DNA from: Glaucostegus cemiculus
Lineage: Eukaryota
NCBI GenBank assembly: GCA_976551045.1
Contig: CDPCPM010000238.1
Location: forward strand, 2,914,001-2,978,000
DNA length: 64,000 nt
Direction of reading: 5' to 3'
Shown: positions 14,420 through 27,352 of the stretch, piece by piece
Numbering within the stretch: position 1 is the first letter of the stretch
Layout of the letters: every line of letters starts with the position of its first letter
Notes under the pieces: model-generated
What the model was told of the DNA's origin: nothing
What the model saw: only the letters and a program-made list of their open reading frames with translations
Database searches by the model: none
Program-made: the position numbers and the translations under genes

Positions 14420-15170
14420 ATTTTGGTTTGGGCAAATATCTGGGAAATTTAGCATAATATTGAAATTTGTGAGATTAGCTATACTGGCAGTAACGTGCAT
14501 AAACTAGCATATAATCTGAATGGTGAGAGGCTGCAGAGCTGTGAGAAGTAGAACCACTTGGAAGCCCTGATGCATGATTCGCAGAAGACTGCAATGAAGA
14601 TACACCGAGTAATCTGCAAAGTTTAAAGAATGCTGATGTATTTTTGAGGGAAAGTAAATATAAAAATGGGAGTTTATGCTTCAGTTACACAGGGAACTGA
14701 TGATATCATATCTGGAGGATTGTGCATAGTATTAGCCTGTTAATTTAAGCAAGGGTGTAAATGCGTTGGAAGCAGCTGAACGATAGTTTATGAGAATGAT
14801 ATGTAGAATCGGCGAATAGTCTAATGAGGATACGTTTGATCGGCTAATTTTGTATCCGCTGTAGTTTATAAAAGTGAAAGAGCAATTGATTGAAATGCAT
14901 AATAGCCCGAGGGGCTAAAAGAGGTAGTAGCTATGGAAAGCTGGTATCCCCTTGTTGAGGAAAAATATTTGCATCTCGATTATTTGGAACCCTCTTCCTA
15001 AGAAGCAATTGAAAGGTAGACGATAAAAAAGTACTTAGGAAATATGAGGGCAAAAGTTACTGAGGGTGGGTAGGATGTGGAGCTGACGTTACTGTCAGAT
15101 CAGTCACAATTTTATTGAATGGCGCAACACTCGCGAGAAGCCGAGTGGCATATTTCCTCACTAACTCCGA
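14420..15170 (+). mobile_element. Old CR1 LINE fragment
   Basis: Degenerate 'ctgaatggtgagaggctgcag', 'cttcagttacacagggaactg' and 'aaatgcgttggaagcag'. Confidence 0.65.
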
Positions 15171-16207
15171 TGTTCGCATGTTGTTTTCCATGGCTGCCTG
15201 TGGGCTGTTAAAGTTGCAGGTATGTAATTGTACACCTCCGTAGGGTCAAATATTAAATTTTATTTTCTACTGAGCCACTCCAATATCTCGCTGCAGCAAG
15301 GCACACCCACAACCTCTACATTTTGTCTTAATGCTAAAAATGCATATTATCCTGTCACCTGCACTGCTCCGTCATGTAGATACATAACGTGTATTGATGT
15401 CAATACACTCTCCCTGTTGGCAGCTGTTTATGTAAATGCTTCATCGGGGGCACCCGTTTTCCGAAGTGTGTTATTGAGTTACTTGTTGATAAACTGGTAC
15501 TTAAAGACCATGTTTTTAGCGATTATGGATTTGAACAACTTAACTTGACTTTCGAATCTCGGTGTGCTCCTGGATTGTTTTCCGAACATGTGATTAAGAT
15601 AGCTTAAACAATATGTTTGCAGTAATGGGACCAGGGATGCAACTTGAATTTCCCAGCTCCAGTACAGCACGAGTCAATTACTCAAGGCGGGGCGTGTGTA
15701 TTGTAGTTTGTTTGCCTCTTTTTCCTTTTCTAGTTCGTGTTATCGTCGGTGCAATTCATAGCAAATGATGAAAATCAAGGTTTGAATGCATTTGAAAGAG
15801 TACGACTTATAATTTCCTGAAAAGAAATTTATTAAAAGCTTGAATTAATTGGCATTCTGTTGGCACAATTAGCAGATAAATTATCTCCAGCTGACGCTGC
15901 GATATTTTGTGATAACGTGTCACCAGCGATATCGTTCAATTCGAAAACCGACGTAAGATGACACGAATAGATTTTTACTTTCCTCCATGTGTAAACTGGC
16001 ATTTTTGTCCCTGTTTTCAGCATTGAAAGCATTGATTACTCATTGATCAATGGCCACTTCGGTCTGAGCAGAGGCTCAAAGAAGATGTAAGCGATATTTC
16101 AAATCCCACAATCGTCTCTCCCTACCCTGGCTACAATTATTTGAAATTAACAATATGTTGGGTCTGTACTTATTCATAGACCACTTAACAGAACTTTGCT
16201 TCTATTC

Positions 16208-16345
16208 TTATCTTCTCGTCTTTTTTAAAACATGTACATTTGCAGACACTGCAAGTTCGTCTTTCTGGATAAATGGTGATGTGTTGTTGGAGCTGGAAAA
16301 CCTCATGGCGGCATAAGTCAATTTGTCAACTGCACGGCTTCTAGG
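16208..16345 (-). pseudogene. Candidate terminal cytoplasmic exon of gene A with an ITIM-like motif; untranslated if the TM-exon stop is real
   Basis: Acceptor tactttcacag|, then PRSRAVDKLTYAAMRFSSSNNTSPFIQKDELAVSANVHVLKKTRR*. LTYAAM is ITIM-like; AVSANV looks like a second motif with Y->S. Intermediate small exons are unresolved. Confidence 0.6.
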
Positions 16346-18047
16346 CTGTGAAAGTAATTCATTTCGGGCATTAGTGCATCATCCAGTGATTGAAGAGGCA
16401 ATCGATGTTGAAATAGAATTGTGACATTCTCATCGACTGTCTGCGACAGATTGCAACCATACTTTTGTCATTTTTAAAATAAATGTTCTTTTCTTGATTT
16501 CACATTCATACTGAAATCTTGTGCTAAGATCCATTCCTGGCCCACAGAACAATGCTAGTGTTCTTGTTAACCTCAAACCTTTTAAACGAACATTAATGCA
16601 ATCTATTTAAGTGAGCAAATGAATAATAAGATCAAAGTAGCTCTTATGCACTAAGTGTTGAGAATGCTAATATTGCAAACTATCAATTTAAGGATCGCCG
16701 GCGGTCATTTTGACCTGCTGCGTTCATGGTTAAGTTGCACATTGAACTTGTCTAGACAATTGACAGAAAATGCACTGATCGCTGGGGAACAGATTTGGAT
16801 TATAAATCGACACCCCAGACTTGGTACAATGAAAGGTGAATCTTTGTTTCCTGGGATTCGGTATCTTCCTGCTTTGGCATAAATTCGGTCTTTATGTGGA
16901 TAACCTGAACGCGGGGTTCAATCAGTTCTTTCGGGGCATTATCTGGCTTTTTAAAAATAGTTTCTGGCGTTGTTTTAGGATGCTGAGTAGAATGATGTTT
17001 CCATGGTTCTTTTCCTTATGTGCTTTTTAAGTTTGAAGTTATTTTTAGTGGAATCACTATCAAAGCTAGACCCCGAAAATAAGGGAAAGTAAATATCGAC
17101 TGTGTAAAAGGGCCAGACAGGTTAAAGGCAGCGTGTAATCTGCTTTACCATCCGGTGATGTGGATTCGCAATCTTTGAAATTAATGAAACGTCCAAAAAT
17201 ATCAAAGGATTTACACTGTCGTACTAGATTAAAATGCTTGTGAAATTAACCTTTTGTTATCACCATGTCAATTATTTAAAAAGCATATATTTTCGACAAT
17301 CAGCGAATAATTGCAAAAGTTCCCACATTAATATCCACGATCCACATTCCTACTCACTCGCATAATGCTTATGAGCTTCATTCCTGAATGAATGTTCAAA
17401 GCAGATTCACGAGCAACGTTAAAATCGCATTGTAGGTATTATGAAAATAAACAGTAAATGCAGTTAGATTGGGTTCTTTCTGTGATCCAGCGTTCTCAGA
17501 TCCTAAAGAATTAACACAATATTTCCTTTGGTGAATGTAATATTTCTGTTACTGGTCCACTCTTCTTAGAAACCTGAGAAACTGTTTGACCACACCAGAT
17601 TTGTTTTATTCTCACTCCCTACCAAAGAATTGATGCATTCTGAAAGGAACGGGGAGAAGAATCCATATGCCAACGAGATGAACATTATATTATGATGGGA
17701 ATCGATTTTATTGGCCAAGGTAAGGACTCCTAAAGGTAGAGCCTGGAGGTATGTAGCAGTACCCTTTGTTGGAATACGGTGTTTTGTGCATTATCTTTTC
17801 GTCCCCTTTCAAAATGCGAAACCCAATGTATTTGATCTTGATGTTAAATAAAACTGTAAAATAGTAAAGAACTCAGCCACCATGTTATTTCTCAAAATTA
17901 AAACAGGAGGTATTCATCAGGACGGCAATTAGCAATCACCTGCTTAGAGCCAACACAGAATGTCAAAATCTACACAGAATTGTTTATGCTTTAAAATATG
18001 GAACTACAAAGATAATAACTAGTTGCAGATCATGAGAAATAACAGGG

Positions 18048-18071
18048 GTGTGTGTGTGTGTGTGTGTGTGT
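18048..18071. repeat. (GT)n microsatellite
   Basis: Direct reading. Confidence 0.95.
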
Positions 18072-18188
18072 AGTTGTTGAATGAACTATTCGCATGAGAA
18101 GTCATTTTCGCAGTAAATGCCATTAACGTGTCATTTACTAATAACATCGCTAAGACCGACAGCACTGTAAAATATGTAAGGTTCTTAC

Positions 18189-18287
18189 CATGTTGCACAT
18201 TTCATCTGAGCCTTATCAAAATTATCGTCAAAACTAAAATTGCCAATCCGCCCACAGCGCATCCGATAATCAAGTTTCCATCAACGC
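18189..18287 (-). CDS. IgSF receptor gene A, transmembrane exon with in-frame TGA at 18204-18202
   Basis: Acceptor ctccataag|, donor G|GTAAGA, 99 nt. Reads GVDGNLIIGCAVGGLAILVLTIILIRLR*NVQH. Predicted product about 243 aa. Confidence 0.85.
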
Positions 18288-18545
18288 CTTATGGAGCAAG
18301 AGAGAAACAGGAAAATGTGAAGCCCATAACATACAGAAATATATACACATGCATGAATTTGGAGACGACACAGAGCTCCTCAATGGGTACATTCGCTACT
18401 GAGTATCTTGTACATTGCTCTTTCATTTTGTAGAAATATGGTTCATATTTTCCCCTTCTCCTCATGTTTGAACGGTTATCAATTTACATCCAAATCTAGT
18501 TAGACCTGTACAAATGCTCCCAGCTGTAAATACTTCCAGTTTTAC

Positions 18546-18830
18546 CTTTTTTTATGATGTAGCTGATCGCCGCGGGCACCGTGAGAGAGGAGTGTGATAC
18601 CAAACAGGTGTAAACAGCAGGTTGCGTTTTTTCCAAAAAACTGGAAGCCTCATAGAATCCTTCCACGGTCCTGTTTTTCACAGTATCTATTCCGGTCAGA
18701 ATTTCCTCATTATTTCTTCGCCAGGAGATTTCTAATTTCTCCGGATAAAAGGCAGCCGTTTTACACACTAGTTTCCGAGAATGCGGTGAATCTACTTCAA
18801 TGGGAGTGATTTTCAGGGGAGTTGGGGAAG
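18546..18830 (-). CDS. IgSF receptor gene A, C1-set domain exon
   Basis: Acceptor tattgaag|, donor G|GTAAAA, 285 nt. C1 motifs LVCKTAAFYP, ISW and YTCLVSHSSL. Confidence 0.93.
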
Positions 18831-20268
18831 CTTCAATAGAAGAAAAATACATTAGATATTTTTGTTTCCTTCCAACGAACGTTTTCTCGCTTGTCTCGCC
18901 AGAGAATGATGGCACACTGCTATTATGATGAGTTATCCGCACTGTCGTTTTGAACGTTTCAGCTGATTCTTATTTCGTAAACTGTTTTACTGTCTGCGGG
19001 AAACTAACATGACTAATTCAAACAATAGGAAGAGTGCGAATCTAAGAGCTGGTGGGATGCGAGGGATATGTCTCTGTTCCGTAGAAATGTCAGATTTAGC
19101 CCACGATCTGAGTTGGTTTTGGACATCTGTGTTTGCTTCAAGAATAAACATTTTGGACATTTTATTAATTTCAAGGATTGGGATGTGTGCAAAGTCCAAG
19201 TTGTCACAGTTTTCTACAGTGAAGGGGTATGGTGCAGTATGGGTGGAAATCGTGTCCTCACAATTGTTTAGGCAGAATTTTAGTGTCTGAGATGAAGTTT
19301 TCCGTTGGTGCAAATTTCACCAGCAGAAACTTCTCCCGAACGTGAACTGAGCGATGATTATTTGCCATGGCATGGAAGTCTTGTTATGCTGGTAAGTGAG
19401 TATGGCCGTATGGATCATAGCACCCATTGAAATGGAGGAACTCAGATGGAAAATCAGAACTCCGTGCATTTCGTCGATTCTACCACCCTCTCCACTTTTC
19501 TCAGTACACTCGGAGAGTAACGCAAATAGTCCTGCCGAAATCGACAGGTTTACACTGACGTCATTGGAGAATCACAACCGTGGAAAAGAACAACCTCTTG
19601 TTTCTCTCTCACCAGATACAACATATATCTGTCTTAGTTTGAACATTTCCGAAACTACTGGATTCGCAATTTGAAGCAGTGCGTCCTAAAATATGTATGG
19701 TGTTATATACTTTACTTCTGACTGTTTAATAAAGCTGTCTTGCTGAAGTGAAGTAGTTGCCTTTTAATGTTGCATAATGCACCCGAACTAGGCAGGAGAT
19801 TGCACCCATTGTCCTTCATCGGTGATATGGAATCTGGCTTGAGGTTGTTACTATATATTTTGTTTCATTATACTTCCTGGGAAACAATTCTAACAGCATT
19901 TCAAAATTACTACTTTGGATTTATCACGACTATAATCCTGGACAGTAGCGCAAGATTGTGCGATGAGAATCTAAAGGTCTACGCCGACTTGAATATAAAA
20001 AAAATGTCCGGAGAAGCATGAAAGCACGAAAAGAGCAAACTGTTTCTGTCTGCATAGATGCGGCGCGACCTGTTGAATACTCCAGTATTTTTTTTTTGTT
20101 TTACCTGGACTTCCAGTCTCTGTCGATGTTAGTTTTCAAGGTAAGAGATGAACTGAACGCCGCTGGAACCTTGTTGCATAACAGGATTTTCATTTTATCT
20201 CAATCAGTGAGCTTTACTTACATGATATAGGACTGAAGATCTGGATTTCCCGGTACAAGGACACTTAC

Positions 20269-20574
20269 CGAACACAGTTAGCTGTGTGCCACTTCCATTA
20301 CCGATATATTGTTGCTGTACCTTTACTTGACAGTAATAGATCCCGGAGTCTGCGCCAGTCACATTAAACAGAGCAAATGCACCCCTGCCTTTATTTATTT
20401 TAAATTGTTTTTTGCTGTCTGGTTCTATAAATGTCTCCTCGCCCTCTCTCCACCAATAAACATCAGGGATATCTTGAAATAACGGATATCTGCAGAACAT
20501 GGAAACATTTCCACCTCGGCGGACGCGCAAATCTGCAGGGAATTGGTCCACATTGTTTGAGGTTACTGCGGCAG
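20269..20574 (-). CDS. IgSF receptor gene A, V-set domain exon with J-like C-terminus
   Basis: Acceptor ttttggcag|, donor G|GTAAGT, 306 nt, phase 1-1. Translation has V hallmarks: VSMFC, VYWW, ADSGIYYC, GNGSGTQLTVF. Confidence 0.93.
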
Positions 20575-20768
20575 CTGCCAAAAAAATTGAGCAAAAACAG
20601 AGAAAATAGTTGCACATGATGGACAAGGATAAAAAGTGACACAGAAGACAGAAATAAAATTAAGAGCTAACGAGAGCGGCATTGAATCGGTATTACTATT
20701 AAATTTACAGTACATAATCAAGGTAGAATATTCTAAAATAAGATTTGGTATTCAGAAAATAAGCCTAC

Positions 20769-20823
20769 CTTGCCAAAATATGCTCAGAAGAGCCATGTGC
20801 CGAATTGTAATATCCACACACAT
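20769..20823 (-). CDS. IgSF receptor gene A, exon 1 (leader): MCVDITIRHMALLSIFWQ
   Basis: ATG at 20823, 55 nt, phase-1 donor G|GTAGG. Same length and MALL motif as the gene B leader; splices in frame to the V exon. Confidence 0.8.
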
Positions 20824-22568
20824 GTTACAAAAAAATTCACCAGTGCAAATTAGAGTTGGAGGTAAGTCGAATAAATAAAAGTTCATGAGTAAATGTATAA
20901 AACATACGATGACCACAAAGGATATCACATGATAGTTTAAGGGATTTTGAGTATAGTTCTGCTTAGGCGGACTGCCGTGTCAGGCCTGTGTCTCCTCCCA
21001 TCTCTTGGTGCTTTCTTTCAGTCTGAGCTGCAATGCTCTTCCAGCTCCTTCCGGGTTACTGGGTTCAAAAATCTACCTCACGCCATTTATTCACTCTTTG
21101 CCCTCTTCTAGATTCTGAACATAATAATGCGGGTCAGTGCCATGGTTCTGTCTCCAAAACATCAGCGGTGGGACTTCTTCACACTGGAAGAGGTATAGTG
21201 AGAGTAGGCAAGTATTCCTTGCTGGGTACATGGGTGATTGTGAGCTTCTAATTTCTCTCATTTTCTCCACCTCTGGGGCGGCCAAATCAAGAGGGATTGA
21301 TTCATTTTCCCCAGTTTAATCACAAAGGAACAATAACATCATTTGGGAATGTAGTTTGCGAAATCTATTTCCTTTCACTGACATCTGTAATCTAACTCCA
21401 GAATAGTGATATTGAAAATTTTTCTTCTGTTTATTTTAATTGTGTTTCTTAACATTATCGAACTCGTGGATTTTATTTATTAGCGTAATATGAATAACAA
21501 TAATTTCGAGGGTAGGGACATGTTCGGCACAGCTTTGTGGGCCGAAGGGCCTGAATTGTGCTGTAGTTTTTCTATGTTTCTATGAAATACAAGAATGCCC
21601 GGCACAGAGAAGAAAGATAGGATATAAGTCGTCACACTCGTGAGGCTCTGCACTGAAATAAAAGTGGATTAACCAATTATTGCTCGCAGACTGATGAAGT
21701 CAATTAAACTGCCTTGAACGTGTGTTATTTTCTGTCGGACGTAGTGTTATTGTGATACAATTAACACTGTGATAAACTCTATGATTTTGGATTCTGAGCA
21801 CATATTAAAAGGTACAGAAACAAAGCATACAATGTGGAGATGCGGGTATTATTTCAGTCTTTTTTTCTGTAATCTAATTGTCCGTTGTTCATCATCCGGA
21901 CGTAGTAACTACTCATTACGAAGGAATAATTCTATTAGAGTTACATATTTTGTATATTATGGATCTGTTTTCAATTTTTTATGAACTAATCGAGCAGTTT
22001 TTATCAATGGATATTAAATAACATTGTGTCATTAAAAGAAGGTTATAGGCCCATTCCTGTCTCGTCGATGCGACCTGTGCAAACTAAGAACGTGGAACAG
22101 AAAAAAGAACTGTCTGTGATGACATACTTTCCAGGCTATGGGATGTTGATTTTTAATGAAGTCAGAGCTACTGATTTTTTAAAAAAGTTTAATGATGACA
22201 CTAACGCAAAGCTGGAAGTATCAATGCGAGCAGCTCTCTGCTTTGGGGCTTGGGGAGTGTTGCCACAGTGACTATGTTTCTGTGAAACAGAGTATTGTGA
22301 TTGCTAACCCCATGCCAAATACTTTAATAAAAGGCTGATATGCCAATGAAGTAAAGAGGAGTAGTTGACCTTTGAAATGTTTGTTAACTATATTCTTTGG
22401 TTGCGGAAAAATAATAGCAAACATTTACATTCCCTCCAACATGGAGATGAAATGATGAACGGTACGCTCAAACTCGTGAGACTTGGCTGAGCCCAAAACA
22501 TTACATGTTTTGTAAATGAAAACACTGAGTATTTTTCAAGACCAATCCATTTGGCAGTAAAATAGAGG

Positions 22569-22782
22569 CAAGAGACTGCAGATGCTGGAATCTGCAGCAA
22601 CAGACAAAGCGCTGGAGGAACTCAGCGCGTCAGGTAGCATCTTGGAGGGAAATGGACAGTCAAGTTTCAGACCGAGACCCTTCATCTGGATTACAGCCAG
22701 TCCAGACGAGGAGTCTCGACTCAAAACATCGTCTGTCCGTTTCCCTCCGTGAATACTGTCTGGTCCGCTGAGTTCTTCCAGT
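22569..22782. mobile_element. Palindromic Penelope pLTR-derived short element with degenerate hammerhead-like cores
   Basis: 'gagactgcagatgctggaatc...gctggaggaactcagc' ... 'gctgagttcttccag'; two inverted half-units. Confidence 0.7.
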
Positions 22783-25700
22783 TGGCTGTAAACAGGCCAG
22801 GAAACTAGAGGGTTGAAAATATCGGAATTAATCCTTCTAGTCTTCAACCCTGGCTTCTGCATTCGCATTTATAAATATTGGAAAGTTTGAAAAGATTTTT
22901 AAAGTTTTTAATTTTTAGTATTTAAATTACAGTTTATACATGTATATTTTACTCTTTGGATATGTTAAATGCTTTTCGAAGAAATGTTTTGCCAATCTGG
23001 ATAAGTCTAGGAATTGTCTCTCAAACTATTTTCCTATTTTATATGTGTGGATATGTTGTCCACCCCTCTTGATAGCACCTTATAATGTTAAGCTCTTACT
23101 GTGTACATGGCCTCATCACAGAAACATTTCCAAATGTTCTTATGAGCTCGAATTTGGAGAATTGCTGCAGATAATTTTGTTTTGCTCTCTTACCAACGTC
23201 ACTAGCGAGCTCATCTGGGTTGCCACTGACTACATAATCAACACCAGCGGTTACTATAAACAATGCAGAAGTTATTGGAAGTAAGCAGTGCGTTTGGCAG
23301 CTTCTTCAGAGAGAGAAATAGGTCGAGAAGCTTTCATCACATCATAATCCCGATTAATTAAATCTGGTTTTTTTTCTCCACAGATGCTCCCTGATTTACT
23401 GAACATCTTACATCCTCAGCGTCGACAGTATTTGCTTCCATCCACACTCAACCAATCCACACCAACCACTGCCTTCACCCCCTTCTGCCCCACCGCTACC
23501 ACTTCGCTGCCTTGTGTCCTTTCGCATGTCATTTGTGAATAAAGTGAAACGTCTTGGTCCCAAAAGAAACTGCAAGGGGTCACCAATTAGCACATCTCTG
23601 CAATATGAGTACATATTCCTTAATCCCATCTCTTGAGTCTTTACGCTTTAACTGTTTCCACATTCAATCCAAAGAATTACTTGCAGTTCTCGTTTTGTTA
23701 ATAGACTCCTATGTGGAACCGTTTCGATACCCTTTTTTCAATTCTGTATTAAATAAATGAATTATGGTAAAATGCATGAGTCCACAAAGTTCAATTATAG
23801 CTTTTTGTTTTAACTGAGATATCAACGTTTCCTTCAGTTATTGAAGTGAAAATTACACAACTCCTGGGCTCGCTCCAGATCTCTGTTCTTGTGATACACG
23901 CAAAAATACACTTAATTCACAAGTAAGTACTCTGAGACCTATAACGGCCAGGAAACTATATACTTATAAAAACAGTATTTGTGGCGTATTTTAGAGTTTT
24001 CTTCCATTGAAGCAAGGTAATTTGTCCTTTTAAGTATCTTATCTTCGCCTTAAATGGCTTCATTCAGATTCCAAAAGGTAGCAGCATTTTCTTTTTTAGC
24101 TTAAAATAATCGACATTTTTTTCCAACCAGTCCTTTTCACGACACATTAGGTTGGCGGAATAAAAGAAAATATTTCATCTGACATCGATATTATGCTGCC
24201 TCGTACAGCAAATTGCAATCAACCGGTGTTCTGAGAAAAATATCCGAATATTTAAAACCTGCATTTAACTGATATCAAGATAACCGATCAGCATTTGTGT
24301 TTTTAATGACATGCCGTGAATACACGAAACACACGATTTTCAGAAATAAATTCTTTAAATTAACTTCCTTACCTTTCACCTTAGCTTCAAATGTGATAAC
24401 TTGAGCATATGCAACCTACTTGCTTGAGGATGGTGAAACTTCTAACCACCGGGAGTTTCCATGATGTCACCAGCAGACTCGTGGGTGCATTTCTATTCTC
24501 CCGCTGTGTGTCACCTCTTGTTAACTCAATCTGAAAAATACAATTGTGGTGGGTTATTAACTTAATGTCACTAGCTTAGTTGAGATTCACCTTTTCATTT
24601 CAAAGACAGAAAAGTTCGCACTTAAGGGTTTGTAATCGCATTTCAAATACAGAAAGCTAAAATATATGTCTCTTTCGATAGATGACCGACACCTCCATCA
24701 CAATGGAACGTAGTACAAAAAAACACATGCAGCAACATTGCACAATAGGTTCTACACCTGCGGCATGAACTTTCATTTAGATGGCGATTTAAATCATTAC
24801 CACAACTCGATGGAGCACAGCAGAAACAATTTTAAACAAGTTTCTGATCCACTATAGATTATGCGACACGTCAGTTAACCGTTGAGCTCAAGAAAGTGAG
24901 ATACCAGAAGGAGTTCAAAAGAGAAGAGCAACAGAAAGCTTTGTGGAGGAAATTCCAGAGTTAAGGTTTGACATGATCCACAGTGGGAAAGAGATGATAA
25001 CTCGGGGTGCACGGGAGATCATTTGAGGTACACGATGAGTTGTAGGCCTGATAAATCAGATAATATCTGGAGGAGCGAGAGCATCGAGCGATTTGAAAGC
25101 ATAGATGTCAACAAAAATATTGGGGTTTTGCTGCTCTCATTGTCAAAGTAGGCCAGTGAGCGCATAGATTGCAGGTAAAATAGGGCGTCTTGCGACTCAT
25201 TCACAACTCATAACCACTCACATAGTCATATAGACAAACACACATAATTAGTCCCAGACATCAGCGCGCAGATATAGGCCTGCAGAAATGTAATTGCGCT
25301 CACGCGTGCAGACAGAAACACAAGCACAGACACACAGGAGATACAATGGAGTGTAAGAACCGACCTTGCCGTTTGCTTTGTTCTGTACCTACTGGGACTG
25401 CTTTGCCTGCTTGAAACGGTTCAATCCGATTCCCTCCCGCCATGACATCCGTGAGACTCAAAGAAAAATCATCTCACGTTCTTCGTGACAGTGACGCCAC
25501 ATTTTCTAAATTATAAAGAATCTAGCCTTGCATTTCTGTGACATAGCCTATCTGCACACCTGTATTTCTGTAACACCACCATCTTCCTACTAATGCACTG
25601 ATAGCTGACCACGCCGTTAATCTTCATCTTCCATTAAGTTACATTCATCCAAATCTCTGTGGTCTACCACACGGCATTTCCCTGATGACCTATAATTCAG

Positions 25701-26894
25701 TGCTCGGGACTTGGATTATTTCGGGTGCTCCAGCTCTTCAAATTTACAATTGCCAGCTGAGATAAATGTCTTCATTCCTTTGTTATTTCTTTTCTTCGAT
25801 AATAGGGCTAGTCAGGCCCACTTCCATCTCCCCATTTCTCACAATGTCGAAAGACATTTCAGGTGTTTCCTGTCATGAAAACCTGCATGAATCCATTCTA
25901 TCTAATTAATAGCAACCCGCTCACTCTCAATAATCTTCAGATGGTCGGTAGAAGATGTAATCGTTTACCTTTGGGATTGAAAGGCAGTACCATTGTTGTG
26001 TTTGCCACCATCAATATCCTGGGGGTCACCATTGACCAGAAATCAATTGGATCAGATGCATAAATACCATGGCTGCCAGAGCAGGTGAGAAGCCGGGCAT
26101 CCTCCGCCGAGTGACTTCCGAATAGAAGTCACCCGCAGTTTTCCTGTAAACCGTTAAACTTTATTCCTCGTGACGACTTAGGGAGATGCACGGTGTCTAT
26201 CTGATCATTATGGAGAATCTGTTTAAGCCGTTGCTTGAACGTCGCTACAAAGCTTAAGTGAGTTTATTATCGAGGCTCATGTTTCCCCAAACATGGGCGT
26301 ATCCCATCTGCACAAGCTCTTCAACAACTAGTTTTATGACAGGTAGCTTTACGTACTTACCTTCCGTAATTTAAGTGTTCCCATTCAAATCGTACGTTTG
26401 CGTAACGACAGGTTGTACGGCTATTTATCATGTCCTGCATGCATCTTTTAATCAAACTCCCGTTCTTTTGTTGGCTGCATAACTGAAGTAAAATTCCCTG
26501 TGGGAAAATAGTATTCATTAACGTTTGAATTTAGATGTTAAGAATAATATTTAAGTGTAAATGTAGATGGGGAATACCTATTAAGAGTGACAGGGTAATC
26601 AGCATTAGGATTGGCCAGTAATCACTGTTGTGGGTTTGGGGCAAGTTGACGAGGGTGCAGATCATATGTAGTTAAGTTTAAGACATTTAATCTTGAAAAT
26701 ATACGTTCGCACAAGAGCAGAAGTGCCTAGGAGATTGCTCCAGTTAGATAAGAGGGGATCAAAGTTAATGTTCAGTGAAATAATTTCAGAGAGAATTTGG
26801 CCGAAGCTCTTGCATCACCTGCGTCTATTTCATCTCGCATCCCCTGTTATAAGGTGCGTATCGTCCCCGTTATTTATTGCTTTTGATATTTTAT

Positions 26895-27352
26895 CTGAAC
26901 TTTGAAACGATTAACATATGAGGAGCGTTAGATGTCTCTGGGCCTGTACTCGATGGCGTTCAGAAGAATGAGAGCAATCTTATTGAAACCTACCGGATAC
27001 TAAATGACCCGCTTAGAGAGGACATGGAAAGGATGGCTTTATTAGCAGCAGAGGCTAGAATCCAGGGCACAGATTCAGAATAAAGGGACCTCCCTCTAAA
27101 ACTGAGAGGAGGAGGAATTTCTACAGCCAGAGGGTGGTGAATCTGTGAGATCCATTTCCACAGAGAGCTATCAAGGCCAAGTCATTGGGTGGATTTAAGG
27201 CGGAGCTTGATAGTTTCTTGCTCAGTGTGGCAGTTACAAGTTACGGGGAGATGGCGGGAGAATGAGGTTTAAAAAAATCAGCCACCATTGAATGCCGGAG
27301 CAGAATCGATGGGCCGAATAGCCTAATTCTGTTCCTATATCTCATGGTCTTA
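26895..27352 (+). mobile_element. CR1 LINE 3' fragment
   Basis: 'gggcctgtactcgatgg...cttattgaaacctacc...agccagagggtggtgaatctgtg...gggccgaatagcctaattctg...tcttatgg'. Confidence 0.85.

Noticed and set aside
16819-17065. Exon-like stretch after a good minus-strand acceptor in gene A's 3' region
   Set aside because: Stops in all three frames within about 90 nt of the acceptor; no motif support.
17763-17805. Possible small cytoplasmic exon of gene A; other candidates at about 17623-17639, and 35987-36026 for gene B
   Set aside because: AG/GT borders exist, but phases and homology are ambiguous and several mutually exclusive models fit; cDNA is needed.
21343-21357. ACTACATTCCCA (ZNF143-like) about 520 bp upstream of the gene A ATG
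   Set aside because: One base short of consensus spacing and not seen at the equivalent position of gene B.
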